The notes beneath the pieces were generated by a model. It saw only the letters and a program-made list of their open reading frames with translations, was not told the origin of the DNA and made no database searches. The position numbers were made by a program, and so were the translations under genes. A DNA stretch of 64,000 nt from Vicugna vicugna (taxonomy: Eukaryota), in the NCBI GenBank assembly GCA_013265495.1, contig MU059916.1, forward strand, positions 372,001-436,000, written 5' to 3'. Each line of letters starts with the position of its first letter. The first letter of the stretch is position 1. Positions 13,240-25,090 of this stretch are shown here, one piece after another.

Positions 13240-14160
13240 TTTCGATAAACTTTAAATTTTGAAATAATTTTTGATTTGCTGCAAAATGGCAAAGATACTG
13301 AGAGTTCCCACATGTGCCTCACTGTGTTCGGCTGTCCCTGACATCATTATCTTGCATGTGTCAAATCTAAGGCCCCAACATCAGAATGTTACTATTAACT
13401 GAACGTCAGACTTCATTCCGATTTTATCAGGTGTATGGCCAGGCCATTCAAGACGGCTGTTCTCTTGCTCTCTGCCCATCCTCTGCTCGACCAGTGCCTG
13501 CTTCCCTCACACGACTATCCAGTGCTCTTAATTATAGGGTTTAGTCAGTACCTGCCTGCGTGCTTGCCCCCTGCCTCAGACACTGGTTTCCCTGGTAACC
13601 GATGAGCCAGCCTGATGTCAAATCCCCCTGTGCACGGTGGCCTCCTTCTCCCCAGAGCAGCGAAGACTGCTGCCCATCCTGCCCGCCGCCTGCTGTTCAC
13701 GGTGGGGTGCCGTTCCAGGACTTCTTTCCGAATGTGTAAGATGCCCCGTCCAAGGAACCACTGGCGTCTCCGTCACTGTCTCTGAACTCTCTCAGGTAGT
13801 CAGGCTGGGCCACTATGAGGCTGGCGGGCCTGTGGGAGGCAGCCCAACATCAAGTTTTCCAGTGATCTTTTTTCCCCCTCTTTCCCAGGATCCTGTCCAG
13901 GGTCCCATATCGCATTTAGTTATCATGTTTCCTCAGCCTCCCCGGACTGTGACAGTTTCTCTGGATTATTCTAGTTTTACAAGACCTGGATACCGATGAG
14001 GAGGAAATGACCAGGTATTTTGTAGATTGTTCTCAGCTTGGGTTTGTCTTTTTCTGTTGGGGTTTTTTTTTTTTTTTCATGATTAGACTGATGTTACAAC
14101 ATTTTGGAAAAAAATACCATAGACGTAAAGGGTCCTTTCATCATGTCATATCAGGCATAC
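13240..14160 (-). mobile_element. Old L1 (L1MB/ME-like) 3' fragment interrupted by a solo LTR
   Basis: L1 3'UTR-like sequence (cagacttcattccgattttatcag ... ttttccagtgatc...ccaggatcctgtccagggtcccatatcgcatttag) is continuous once 13432-13854 is removed. Confidence 0.7.
13432..13849. mobile_element. Solo LTR (418 bp) nested in L1
   Basis: TG...CA termini (TGTATGG...CCCAACA) with 5-bp flanks TCAGG (13427-13431) and TCAAG (13850-13854). GC/CpG-richer than the flanks. Subfamily not identified. Confidence 0.75.
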
Positions 14161-16649
14161 CGCGTTCATTTGTAGCGACGTAGACACACGTTGGCTTCTT
14201 CATTAAGGATAGGGTCCGGGGTTATATCGGGCGTGCTTGTATGTCTCATATCCACAAATGTATGTTTCAGCAGCAGGTTGACTACTTGTCTCCCTTGCAG
14301 ATACAGGGCCTCTTTAAACTATAGACTAGTCTGGCTCCTTTGCTTATCCCCTCTACACTAAGCCCAGCACTCGCTGTAAGGAAATGCCAATTGAAGGTTT
14401 TGAAATTCATGTTAAATGAATTGTTCACTCTTTTTTTTTTTTTTTTTTTTTTTTTACTGCCATGTCTAATGTGTTTGCACAAAGAGAGTAGTTGGCAAGC
14501 CACAGACTCTTTTACTTAAGCTGATAAATGGTTATTCTTTGGGGTAAGTACAAATAAGACTCAAATTAATGCTCTTTGCTGTTTATGGACATTAGTCCAA
14601 CTTGATCTTTACAGAACAGCGATTTACTGAAGCTATTTTGAAGCCCTGTCTCTTAATGGTGCCCCCAGGGTCTGTATGGGATTTCCTGTTCATTAGATGC
14701 TAATTCCTTCACTAGCAGCCGCTCAGGGTCCCCGGCTTACGCGGAACCTGGCCTAGCGATTTACGACACGGGGGAACTGATACGGTGGACAAAAAAGAAC
14801 GTGATACAAAAAGGCTCCAAATTAGAGAACTGATAGAGACAATAAACAGGGCGGCCAAAGAGAGCAAGGCACAACCTGAAGGCCTTTAATAGGGCATTAG
14901 ATATAATGGGCTATTAAATAATCGTTCCAATTTTTGTTTAAAAAGAAAATTTAAGGGCTTAAGTTTTTGTTTATTGAGACGGATATATAATATTTACAGG
15001 AAAAAAAACATTAACATAGACATGCAAAAGTAGGACACAAAGAACACCCCCAGTCCCACCCACTCCCTTTTCTTGTTTGCACGGATGATGCCTAAGAGAG
15101 ACAGGCAGGCTGATGGCGTCAGCACAGAGGGACAGACAAAATGTGCATATGCCGGCCTTTCAACAAACCTGAATTATTCCAAACACATTATTTTGTAGGA
15201 CTCCATGTTTTATCTAAGCTATCCACACATTTCTGAATATTCAGCTTACTCCAAATAAGTTTTTTGAAAGTTCAGATGTTTCTAAATTTTTCTGATTTTC
15301 AGTCTTGTAAGTAGTACACAACAGAATAATGTTGAAAATCAACTTGAGTTAAAAATACAGCAAGACATTTTTAAAGCAATACATTTAAACTTTTTGGTCA
15401 ATTTAATAGTCTATTTAGTACCACAAACTACCAATATTAGAAATCAGTGTTTATTGTTTAATACTTTCATTTTAATGTTGACTATGTTAATATTGAAGGT
15501 ATTAAAAATATCTAATGGTGGACCAAAATTAACACTACGTAAAAGAACAATAGCCAGATATATTTATTTTCAATTCATCTTGAGTTTCATCAAATTCTTT
15601 GTTTCTCCTCTTGCAGTTGATCTCTTAAGCTCTTTATATTGCTGTGTTTTATAGTATAGTCACTAATTTATGACTACTACAAGCTTCTCTAAACAAATAA
15701 CAGTAAATTAATAATAACAGCAATAATAATAACCTTTTGGAATTGTATTTACTAAATGTGGAGGACTGGGCTAATGGTTTTAGAACTATCCACCAGTCTT
15801 CAAGTTATGCCCAGCCATCCACGAATACTGGGGTGCCCTCTAAGATTACTTTACGACTCATTTTAACATTCTATTATGATTTATTGTTTGTATGTCTGTT
15901 TTGCTATTTATATAAACTCCTTGAGAGCAGGAAATAATTTCTGCATCTATCCCAGTGTCCATGTCATGGTCTGTACAAAGTAAGGGCTGAATAAGTCATT
16001 TTTGGATGAATGCAATTTGGCTGTTTGTGACAAGGAAACTTTCTTCCCAGTGCAGTTAGTGAAAGGGTTAACTTCATTGTTGGAGGAGCCAGATCAAGCA
16101 CAAAGCAGCACACAATAAACGGGGAAAGCCAGCAGATTCTGGAACCCTGTCAAAATGTTTCAGGATGTTTACTCAAATCTGCCATTTTCTCCATGCATAC
16201 ACAGGCACACTTAGGGCTGATGTGCCCTGGGAGAGCTGGCATTCATCAAGGTTTCTAAGCCATTACTTTTTCTATGGGCCCTGGCTGATGCTGCCTTCAA
16301 AAAAATGTGAAAGGCCTGCTAATTTCTTCTAATGAAAGAGCAACAGAGGCACAAAAGTTGAAACCTGAAAGGTCATTCTGTGGAATATACGAGGGAGGCA
16401 ACTCCCAAAATAATACAGTGAAAATGAATTCACTAGATCATCAGTGTTCCATTAATAAGCCTTAATAAATACGGATACTTGGTTCCTATGGGAACGGAAT
16501 TAAAAAATTTAGCAATTGTCTATTTTAAATGATTAAAATCTCTATCCTTTTTCAAAATGTTGTTGATAAGAATAATAAATAATGACAATCTGGTTGATGG
16601 CAAATTCTTTTTACATTATTATTGAATCTCCTGAGGATGACTAGGAACT

Positions 16650-16935
16650 GAGGAGATTCTGGGGGCCAGAAGTTCAAAATCAAGGTTCCATCAAGGCCAT
16701 GCTCTCTCTGAAGGCTCTAAAGAACAGCCCTTCCTTGCCTGTGCTACCATCTTTTGACCCCCAGCATCCTTGCCATTCCTTGGTTTGTAGATCATCACTC
16801 CAATCTATGCCCCCATCTTCACATGGCCATCTTCCCCATGTGTGCCCTCTCCTCTTCTTATAAAGATACTGCTCACTGGATTTAGGGCTCTGAGCTTTTG
16901 GTTAGATGTGAATTTTGAGGAGACACTACTGAAAT
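16650..16935 (+). mobile_element. MaLR MLT1 LTR fragment
   Basis: ggccagaagttcaaaatcaagg...ctctctgaaggctct...cttcacatggccatcttcc...cttcttataaagatact...ggatttaggg. Confidence 0.8.
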
Positions 16936-17624
16936 GACTTCAGGGTACCACTGCCAGAGCTGGGATCTAGAATCCAGCCACAGCGCTGGGCAAGCAAGCA
17001 TTTCAATCCACCCAGAGTCCACATCATAACTAGTTGTAAACACCAGCAGTAGCCCAAAGGCCTTCTTGGTGAGAAAGAGCCCTTCTTCCATCACAAAAAT
17101 TTACTGCTGTCTGCAGGAAAGTATGTAAATCTAGGAATGACTGCACATGGGAATGGCTTCCCAGAGGTAAGTGATCCACAGTCTCGGCAAACATACACAG
17201 CACCTGCGTCCTCAAGACATTCTGTGACTTCTCTGGATCCCTCCCTGGGAATCCACAGGAACATGTGGGAACAGAAATGTGCAAGAGAATGTCATGTGAG
17301 TGAGGCAGGTGGGAGTGCAGATCATCAAGAACTGCAGAATATGTGACCAAATTTATACTCATCAGCTCTTTAAATGAAGTAAAGAATCTCTGGAGTACAC
17401 ATTTTTCTGACAAATGCACGTTTTATCTAAACAATTCCAAGGGAAGTTCAAAGCAATCACATTATGTAAGTAATCTACATGGACAATTTACGCAGAGGTA
17501 GGGGGTGCCTCAATTTTTGAGAAAATGGCTTTATTTCTCTTTTTAGACTTGGTGGCTGGAACTTTTTTTTAACCTGTTTGATTCTGGAAGTCCCTTAATT
17601 TCTCAGTTTCCTTCTTTTTCTTGT

Positions 17625-17660
17625 TTTTTTTTTTTAAATTGAAGTATAGTCAGTTACTCA
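17625..17660 (-). mobile_element. Minimal L1 3' tail fragment
   Basis: T-run followed by aaattgaagtatagtcagtt, the reverse complement of the same L1 terminus as 25011-25090. Confidence 0.6.
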
Positions 17661-18837
17661 GTGTTTCTTTTATCCAACTGCTCAAGGAAGAATTAGGGAC
17701 GCTCAGGAAGCAGGTGGTTTGGAGGTAAAAATGTTCCATGTTTTGTTTGTTCTAATCATTTGCTTGTGGCACATGGAGAGAGTCACCTAGGCAGCCAGGA
17801 TACCCACCACCAGGGTCTTTATAGCTTCAGACTTGCACTTATGTCCTGATGGGACGCAAACAGGAAGCCATTTGTTTAAGGGATCCTAACATTTTAACTG
17901 CCACCAAAACTAGCCCTTTCTAGAATGAGAAGCAAGAGCTCCTTAACTGCCCTAGCATCTCTCACTAACAATTAAGAACAAGAAGTGAGAACACTGAGTC
18001 CAATTCCAACCGCAAAGGCTGTAACTGATGAGAGGTGAGAGGCCTTGCTCGTTGTTACAGTTTCTTCTGGTTGGGGTGGATGACATTGGTTGGACGGTCA
18101 CTGTGGATTTCATAATTTGTTTCAACCTGTATCTTTGACACATTCAATGTGCAGTATGAGTTTTTTTTTTTTTTGTAAAGTGTATGCAGTGGAGAATACC
18201 AAGGAATGGCTGGTTTATAACAGCAAGTTGTGGTATCCTACAAAATGCCTTACAAGTTTAAACAGAAATTATTTGAAAAAAAACCATAACTGTTGAGTAA
18301 AGAGATGCTGAGAATTTGGGGGACTCTGCATCCTTGTATGTGAAGTTCATTTGCAGAAGTGTTGCATTTATCCTTGGGTCTGTACATGTTGGGTCAAACA
18401 TAGCTGTGTCCAGTAGTGGATCAGAACAAATGGGACACTTGTATATGAGTCCAGACTCTGTCAGACCTAAGCAGAGACCAAGAAGTCCTGGTCCAGCTGC
18501 GATAACCTGTTTGCTTTTGTAGCCTTGGCCAGGGTCCTGAAAACATATCTGTGTAGCCAGTACCAATACCATTAAAGACACTGCGGGCATACAGTAAACA
18601 ATTGCCATCCATCTCGTGTATCTAGAGGGCAGGAATTGGCTTTGTGGATTATCCAGGGAAGATATTTTAAATCACAGACAACTTGCTCCTGCCACTCAGT
18701 AGGCTTCTGGGCTGTGGATCCAGCTACCACTCAGAGAGTGTTCAGAGGACACAAACAAATATGGATCCTAACCCAAGTGGCTGAGGACAACTGGGATGAT
18801 AAATGTTTTTCAAATGCGGGAATAAAATGGTTTGCAG

Positions 18838-19289
18838 TTGAAGCAGATGCTGTGGTTAATGTGCCCGTATCCCCCGGGTCACCTAACTCCCAGCACCTGT
18901 GACTCTGCCTGAGGTTTTGCTCCAGTGCCAGAGCTGGACTGCCCCTGCAATCGGCAGTTCAAAATACAATGAGATGGATCCTCACCCCGACCCCGCAGTG
19001 CTTCACCAGCGGCGGAAGGAATTGAAGGATTAACATCCTGCAGTCCTGCGCCGGGGGATCACTCTGGGGTGCACATTCTCACCAGTTTTCTAAGCCCTTT
19101 GTCGAGAGTGAGCTTCAGCTGCCCACAGTGGCAATCTGGTTGACGATACAAACTTTGTTCCTGACTTCCCCTCTTGGGTCTCCCTTCCCTGCTCGTTTCC
19201 CAGGGCTCCCCGGTATTACCTCCCCAAACACACAACTTGAACTTGAGTGCTGTCTCAGGCTGTGCTTCTTGAGAGCCCAATACCAGACA
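18838..19289 (+). mobile_element. LTR16-type (ERVL) solo LTR
   Basis: Matches recalled LTR16 motifs: gcagatgctgtgg..gtatcccc, cccagcacctg..ctgcctgagg, cagctgcccacagtggcaa, and terminal tgtctcaggctgtgcttct...ccagaca. Confidence 0.75.
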
Positions 19290-21106
19290 GTAGTCACCTT
19301 GCACTTTTTGTTATCTTGCCAGATTCAGAAAGCCAATGAAGCACGCGTGGAAACAGTGCTTGCTGCTGTGTCCAGGAGTCTGTTGTTTTCAGACTGTGCC
19401 GGGAGCTGCACAGATAGTGTTTCTGATCCTTCTACGTCCATCGTGATGGGATTGTCACGAACAAGCTATGTTCCCAGCCTGAATCCTAACCCAATCTCCG
19501 CATCTCACTCTCCCAACTTAAATATTTTTAAGGTGCATTTTGAGAAACAACCAACATGAACGCACCACTTAGCAGGACCTTCCCCTCTGTCATCAGGTGT
19601 CTGTTCCCCGGGTAGAAGTGGGGCTGCCAGCGAGAGGCTCACTTGAGGCCCCGAGTCATTCACTAAAGAGGCAGTTAGGAATCAGAAAGCACAGGAAACC
19701 TCGGGCAAGGCTGGTTCATTAGTGCCTCTGCTGATTAATCAAGACCTGGCTGCCACTTTGTTAAATGCCTCGAGGTGAAGTTGGAGGCAATCAGCCCTGT
19801 GGAAACTGCTTGATTGCTTCTCAAAGTGGCAGTTTGCTTTTGGACACTGTACATGTTCCCGTCAGATCTGCACTGTGACCTTCCATAAGGACGATGACCC
19901 CGCCTCTGAGTGCAGGGTCTGCGAGCACACTGTCTTGGAGTTGGTGGTACAAAGACAGTTACACATGAAGAACCAGCCGCAAAATCCCCGAATGCAATTA
20001 TATTTTGGTTTCATAAATGCAGCTCAATTATTGCATTCGTCTTCCTTTTGTATTTAGCTTGGAACAGGCCCTCCCACTAAATGTGCCAAATGCTTTATTT
20101 TTGTCTCCATTTTTAGTGTGTGCATCAGGAAAATGAAGTGCGCTCTTTCTCCCTCCCACAGTAAACAGCCACAATACTGTAATAAGGAGCTTTCTGAATA
20201 ATTTATAATTTGCAAACAAAAATTCATCTGATTATACTGAAAAGACAGACACTCTGCATAATAATGTGTATTATCAAAGAGAGCTTTTTTTTTTCTTTTT
20301 TCCATTCTGGTTACTGATTATTTACACAAATTGAAGAGAAACAACTATGTACACTATTCCCTTTAAATTATTTGAAAATCTACCTTTTAATCTTTCAAAA
20401 CTATACAGGAACAATATAATTATTCTCTGCCAATCATGGGCAATGATGCACTCAAAAGCATTTTCCCACGCAGATGAACAAAACAGACGTTCAAGATAAT
20501 ACGCGGTTCAAGGCTTCTTTTTCCTAGGTAATGGGTGTTTCAGGGTTACGTATCATCGGCAACTCATGACTATTTCATGCTCAATTTTCTTTTGTTACTG
20601 GTAAAAAGCATATACTGCAGACATTTTGCTCCACAGTTACACCATCCGCTCTCCTCTCCTCTTGGCTAAGTGTCACATGTGAAAATGATGGCGCTCTTAT
20701 TTGTTTCAAGGCAAAAGTCTGATTAAAACTGATGGTCTGGTTGGAGCCACAATGGGAGTTACTCAGAAGTTACAGAGGATGGAAGTAGGAATACCCCTTT
20801 CCTAAATGCTGGGGGCAGATTATATGATCGGAAGGAGGATGAAGTTTGGCTGAACATTACGATGGTGCTGACGAGTCCTCTGAGGGGCTCCCCACTTACG
20901 TTTAAATCACAGAATCTCATATTGTGTGATTGCTCTGGAGGTACAAGTCACAGCTGGGGTATGACGTATATTATAACCTCTTAGGTTTTCAGAAGAATGG
21001 TTATTTGTCTTGAGTGAGTTAATTAGCTTCCTCAATCCAAAAAAGCAACCTATTTTCCTCATATTATTCATCATTACCTAATTTTACCTTACGCTGGCTT
21101 TTGTAT

Positions 21107-21656
21107 TGTTGGGAAAGGAAAGTATTTTCTCCTACCCTTCCAGGTTCTTCTGGCTGGTCTCAGAGTTAAAATGGCATGAGGTAGAATAACAGGAGAAAAT
21201 CCAGTTTAAATAGGTACCTCTGGGGGCCCCATAAGGAAAATGAGACTGAAGGATAAATTAGGTAGATAAGGCTCGTATGGCTTCTGAGAGAAGGAGACGT
21301 GGGTAGGGAGTTGTTGGGACTTCAAAGGGGTAACAATTTGTAGGAAGATGGGAAAAAACAATGCTTGGTAAACAAATGTTTGTCTTGCTGTGCAGAGACG
21401 TTGGGACCCAGAGAGGACTTTGACCAAACAGGCCTTGCTACGCTCCCCCTTCACCCCTACCTGTCTACCACTCGTGGCTCATAGTCATTGTAGCTGGCTC
21501 TGGTGATCCAACTCTTCCTGGAATAGGCCCCCTTTAGGCAGTTAAGGGGGAGGAAGTAAAGCTCTTCCTAAGCCTTTTGTTTCTTAAAAAAGAGCCTAAA
21601 ATAATCCTCGTGCCAAAGAGACACATTTCGGGATGGCCAGTTTTGCTCCCCTACCA
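21107..21656 (-). mobile_element. ERV solo LTR (MER34/ERV1-like), same family as 54861-55425
   Basis: The minus strand begins TGGTAGGGGAGCAAAACTGGCCATCCCGAAATGTGTCTCTTTGGCAC and ends CCCAACA. 5-bp flanks are TGTAT and TATAT. Confidence 0.75.
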
Positions 21657-21899
21657 TATATATCACCAGAATTTATCAAAACCTGGTTATTGGGTTAAAT
21701 AAGTGTGCATAGCATGGCTCATGTGTCAGATATCTATTTTCCCAGAACAAACTGTACTTAATTCTGGGAGACTTTGAGAATATTAAAAATTTACAATATA
21801 ATACTTATGCCTTCTAGGACTTGAGAATTCATTTGAAAGCAACACAGAATTACTTTCTATTAGCCACAGACTCCTACTGTTTGCAAGAGAGTGTTCATT

Positions 21900-22059
21900 A
21901 ATTATTTATTTATTGAGTGAAGGTAGATTTATTCAGAGAGATACACTGAAAGGCAAGAGAAAGGCCACAAGGTGTGGGGGTTGGGTGCTCAGATTAAAAG
22001 CAGGTAGACATTCCATAGACAGAATGTGGGCTGTCTCCGAAGAGGGAGAGAGAGCGGCC
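21900..22059 (-). mobile_element. Short LTR-like sequence with AATAAA and A-rich tail (apparent retroposed element)
   Basis: The minus strand reads ggccgctctctc...tctctgAATAAAtctaccttcactc followed by an (AATA)n tail. Flanks GAGAGTGTTCATT (21887-21899) and GAGAGGGTTTATT (22060-22072) match at 11 of 13 positions. Confidence 0.65.
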
Positions 22060-22237
22060 GAGAGGGTTTATTTTTAATACCCTGCATTGAGTATTTTCCC
22101 ACAGAAATGAGTGTGCAGGTGGTAGCTACACTGATCATCAGGTTAGAATCCAAGACATGATGGAAACAGCCAGAGATCTGAAAGGTTTATGGTCAGTTGG
22201 GACCAGACTTTTTTTTTTAAAGGTGCCAACTAAAGAC

Positions 22238-22694
22238 TGTCACCTGCCATCCAGTCTACAAAGATTAAGTCAATGAAGTTACTGACCTTCAACACATCTT
22301 ATAAGGAGTTTAGGGAGGAGAGATCTGGAATGAGGCATTCTGTGCTCTGGGGAAAAAATTGGTAGACCAGGCCATCAGACAGTGAAATTTTTTCAGGAAA
22401 AAATTTTATGAACCCAAATTTTTGCATCTTCTCATACCTAGAAAAGCACCAAAATCATTAACAGAAACACCTGCTCCTCGAAACTAGCAGTAAGTTTCTA
22501 CTGAGATGTGTGCTTGACGGCACGTACTCCGTTCACCAAAGTCACGCATATACTGACTTGTCCCCCTACCTCTTCAGAGCAGTTCCTCAGGGCGATCTGA
22601 GTGGCTGACTCCTGGGCTACAGTCCTCAGGAAGCCACCAACAAAACTCAACTCATAGCTCTCATGTTGTGCTTTTTTTTTTTTTTAAGTGAACA
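22238..22694 (+). mobile_element. ERV solo LTR resembling the artiodactyl BTLTR1-type LTR
   Basis: Begins TGTCACCTGCCAT, contains ttgcatcttctcatacctagaaaagc and gagcagttcctcaggg, and ends with a T-run then AAGTGAACA. No clear TSD. Confidence 0.65.
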
Positions 22695-25010
22695 GAGGAA
22701 TCTGGCCAAGCTTTTAGAATCAAACAAGGATCTAGATATCATTTATGAACCCAGAGATTCTGAAGTTTGTGCATTCTGCATTCTGTTGGATATACATCTG
22801 AGTAACATCAGAGGTCAGCTGGACAAGCTGCCACCATCCTGGTAGCCACCTCTGTTTCTTTCTCATCTCAAGTCAAGAAGAAGTGTGGTTAGAGGAGGAG
22901 GATGGCTGGCTGCAGGATTAATACCTCTTCCTTACAACCTGGCAGTGGGCTGGGAAGGGAGGACACACGAATATTTACCACTGTCTCCAGTGCTCTGGGT
23001 CTGGGATTAAACGAGTGGTCTCATGGGAGCACTGTGAGTCGAACTAGGGTCTAGTCTGATTGACAGCACTTGTAGGCTCCCGTTATTTCACCATCAGGGA
23101 CCTGCACTCTTGGCCTAAAACCGTTTTGCACTAACACTGTCCTTAGAAATTCCATTAGGCTGACATTTCTCTGTGTATATTTTCACTAATATTTTACTTG
23201 GAAAGCAGCCACTAGCTCTTTTCAAACTCCTTAGCAGTTGTCAGATGATGAAACTTTTCATTCCATAATAACCTGGGGTGGCTTAAACTATGCCATATCT
23301 CCTACTTTCCAAATCACCCCATCTTCCCTGTATTAGCACATTTCTTAATGATTAGGAAAAGGCAGGCAGCCCACTGAAAACTCTCCAAATAAGAATGTCA
23401 AGAAAGAAGACACCGCTACACTGAGCAATCACTAGTACCATCTCTCTTAGTTTGAGAAATCTGATTGCATAATAAGGAAAGAACCTTCTTGCATTGGTGA
23501 AAATGGCTTAAATAATAAACTTAAGCATTTTATTTGCCTTTCTCTGCCAGAGGCTTCAATTCCTATGGAAAGGAATATTTCCCAGCCTTATATAATGTGA
23601 TGGAACACGTCAAGAGATTCAGAATTATCCCATCTATAGCGGAAGTACTAAAGACGCCCGGACGAGGGCCCAGGAAGCCGTTCTTTGCTCCTTTGTGTTG
23701 CGCTTGCTTGAGCATCCTAAAAGCACCCCACAAAGGGGACTGATGTTGCCCTGATGTCAGTTCTCCAGGGCAACAGATGCTCCTCAAAAGAACGGCATGT
23801 TTGTGGTTTTGATCCCTGTACTATGGTTTAGTTGCATTTTTGGTATGAACACAAGTGATCCTGTGAAAGGCCAGCAGTAAACAGGGTGAGACCGGGCCAG
23901 ACACTGTCATAATAAGAACTCTGGAGACAGACATTTCATTCCAAAAACTGAGTCTTGAGTATACATCTCTAATTCTGGTCATCTCAGCACTGACTCCATA
24001 TACACAGGATTTAACTACTCAAAAGGATCTAATGCAGATTCAGGTCCTGAATTTCTATTAATTTTTAAGACTCATTTCTATTGACCACCAGCAAAAAGTA
24101 ATAACAAGTCAAATGCTGTGAGAGTCAATAGGAATCCATATTTTCTAACATTTTCCTCTTCAATAATTTATTTGGATTAAACTTTAAATAAAATAGAACG
24201 GAAAAACATGTATTCCGTGAAGGGGGAGGTGCATGGGAAAGGAAAATATTTTTTACAGGGATGAAAATCAAAATTTACAAGTTATTTCACATTTAGGTTT
24301 GTCTTCTCATATTTAAAGTTTATGAATCTTTCCTCCCAGTAGAAAGAAAAAACCCATAGTTACAGTCCTTGGTCACATAAAGGGGAATAAAATGGTTGAA
24401 GATGTGAATGAGAATACTTTCCACCTAGAAAAGAAGGCAGGAAGAGGCAGGAGACTGAGAATGACGGGACATTTCTGTGAGAGCAAAATCAGATCTTATG
24501 TGAATGGCCCCTTTGCAAAGTATCTGGCACATCATAGAAATGAAGGAACATTGTGTTTTTCCCTACAAGAAGAGAGAAGAAAGTAGCCTTCTGGGTCAGG
24601 GAAACGCTCTTCTTTTTTTTTTGGAGGTTAGTGAAAAAGATCTATTTCTCCAATAATTTAATCTTTGTCTTTCCCAGTTAGGGCAAAGTTCAGAGAAGTC
24701 TACTGTGATTGTGTCTTTTGCTATTTCAAAGCATAAATGAATTGGGACAGAGTTTTTTGGTTGACCTTTGTCCATTTTCTTCAGACACTGGTAGTGATGG
24801 ACAATAGAGAAGGAAGGACAGAAGATAGGGGAGAGCAAGTAGAGTCATATTTATGAAATACACTAGCAGCTGCCATTGACAGAACTTCTATAATATGCAA
24901 AAAGTGTCATACATAGTAAGTTAATTCTTAAAACAACACCTCAAAGCTGGCATTATTGCTCTTAATTTACAGATAAATAAAACTGAACCCTCAAAACATT
25001 CAGAACTATT

Positions 25011-25090
25011 ATATATAACTGAATCACTATACCATACACCAGACATTAACACAACATTGTAAACTGACTGTACTTCAATTAAAAAAAAAA
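25011..25090 (+). mobile_element. Severely 5'-truncated young L1 3' end with poly(A)
   Basis: atatataactgaatcactataccatacaccagacattaacacaacattgtaaactgactgtacttcaatt followed by A10. Confidence 0.8.

Noticed and set aside
18160-18837. Possible processed pseudogene or viral insert (poly-T at ~18162-18175; 116-aa minus-strand ORF 18258-18608)
   Set aside because: No frame resembled a protein I could name and there is no convincing TSD. The GC-rich apparent 5' end turned out to be an LTR16 element. A tBLASTx search would settle it.
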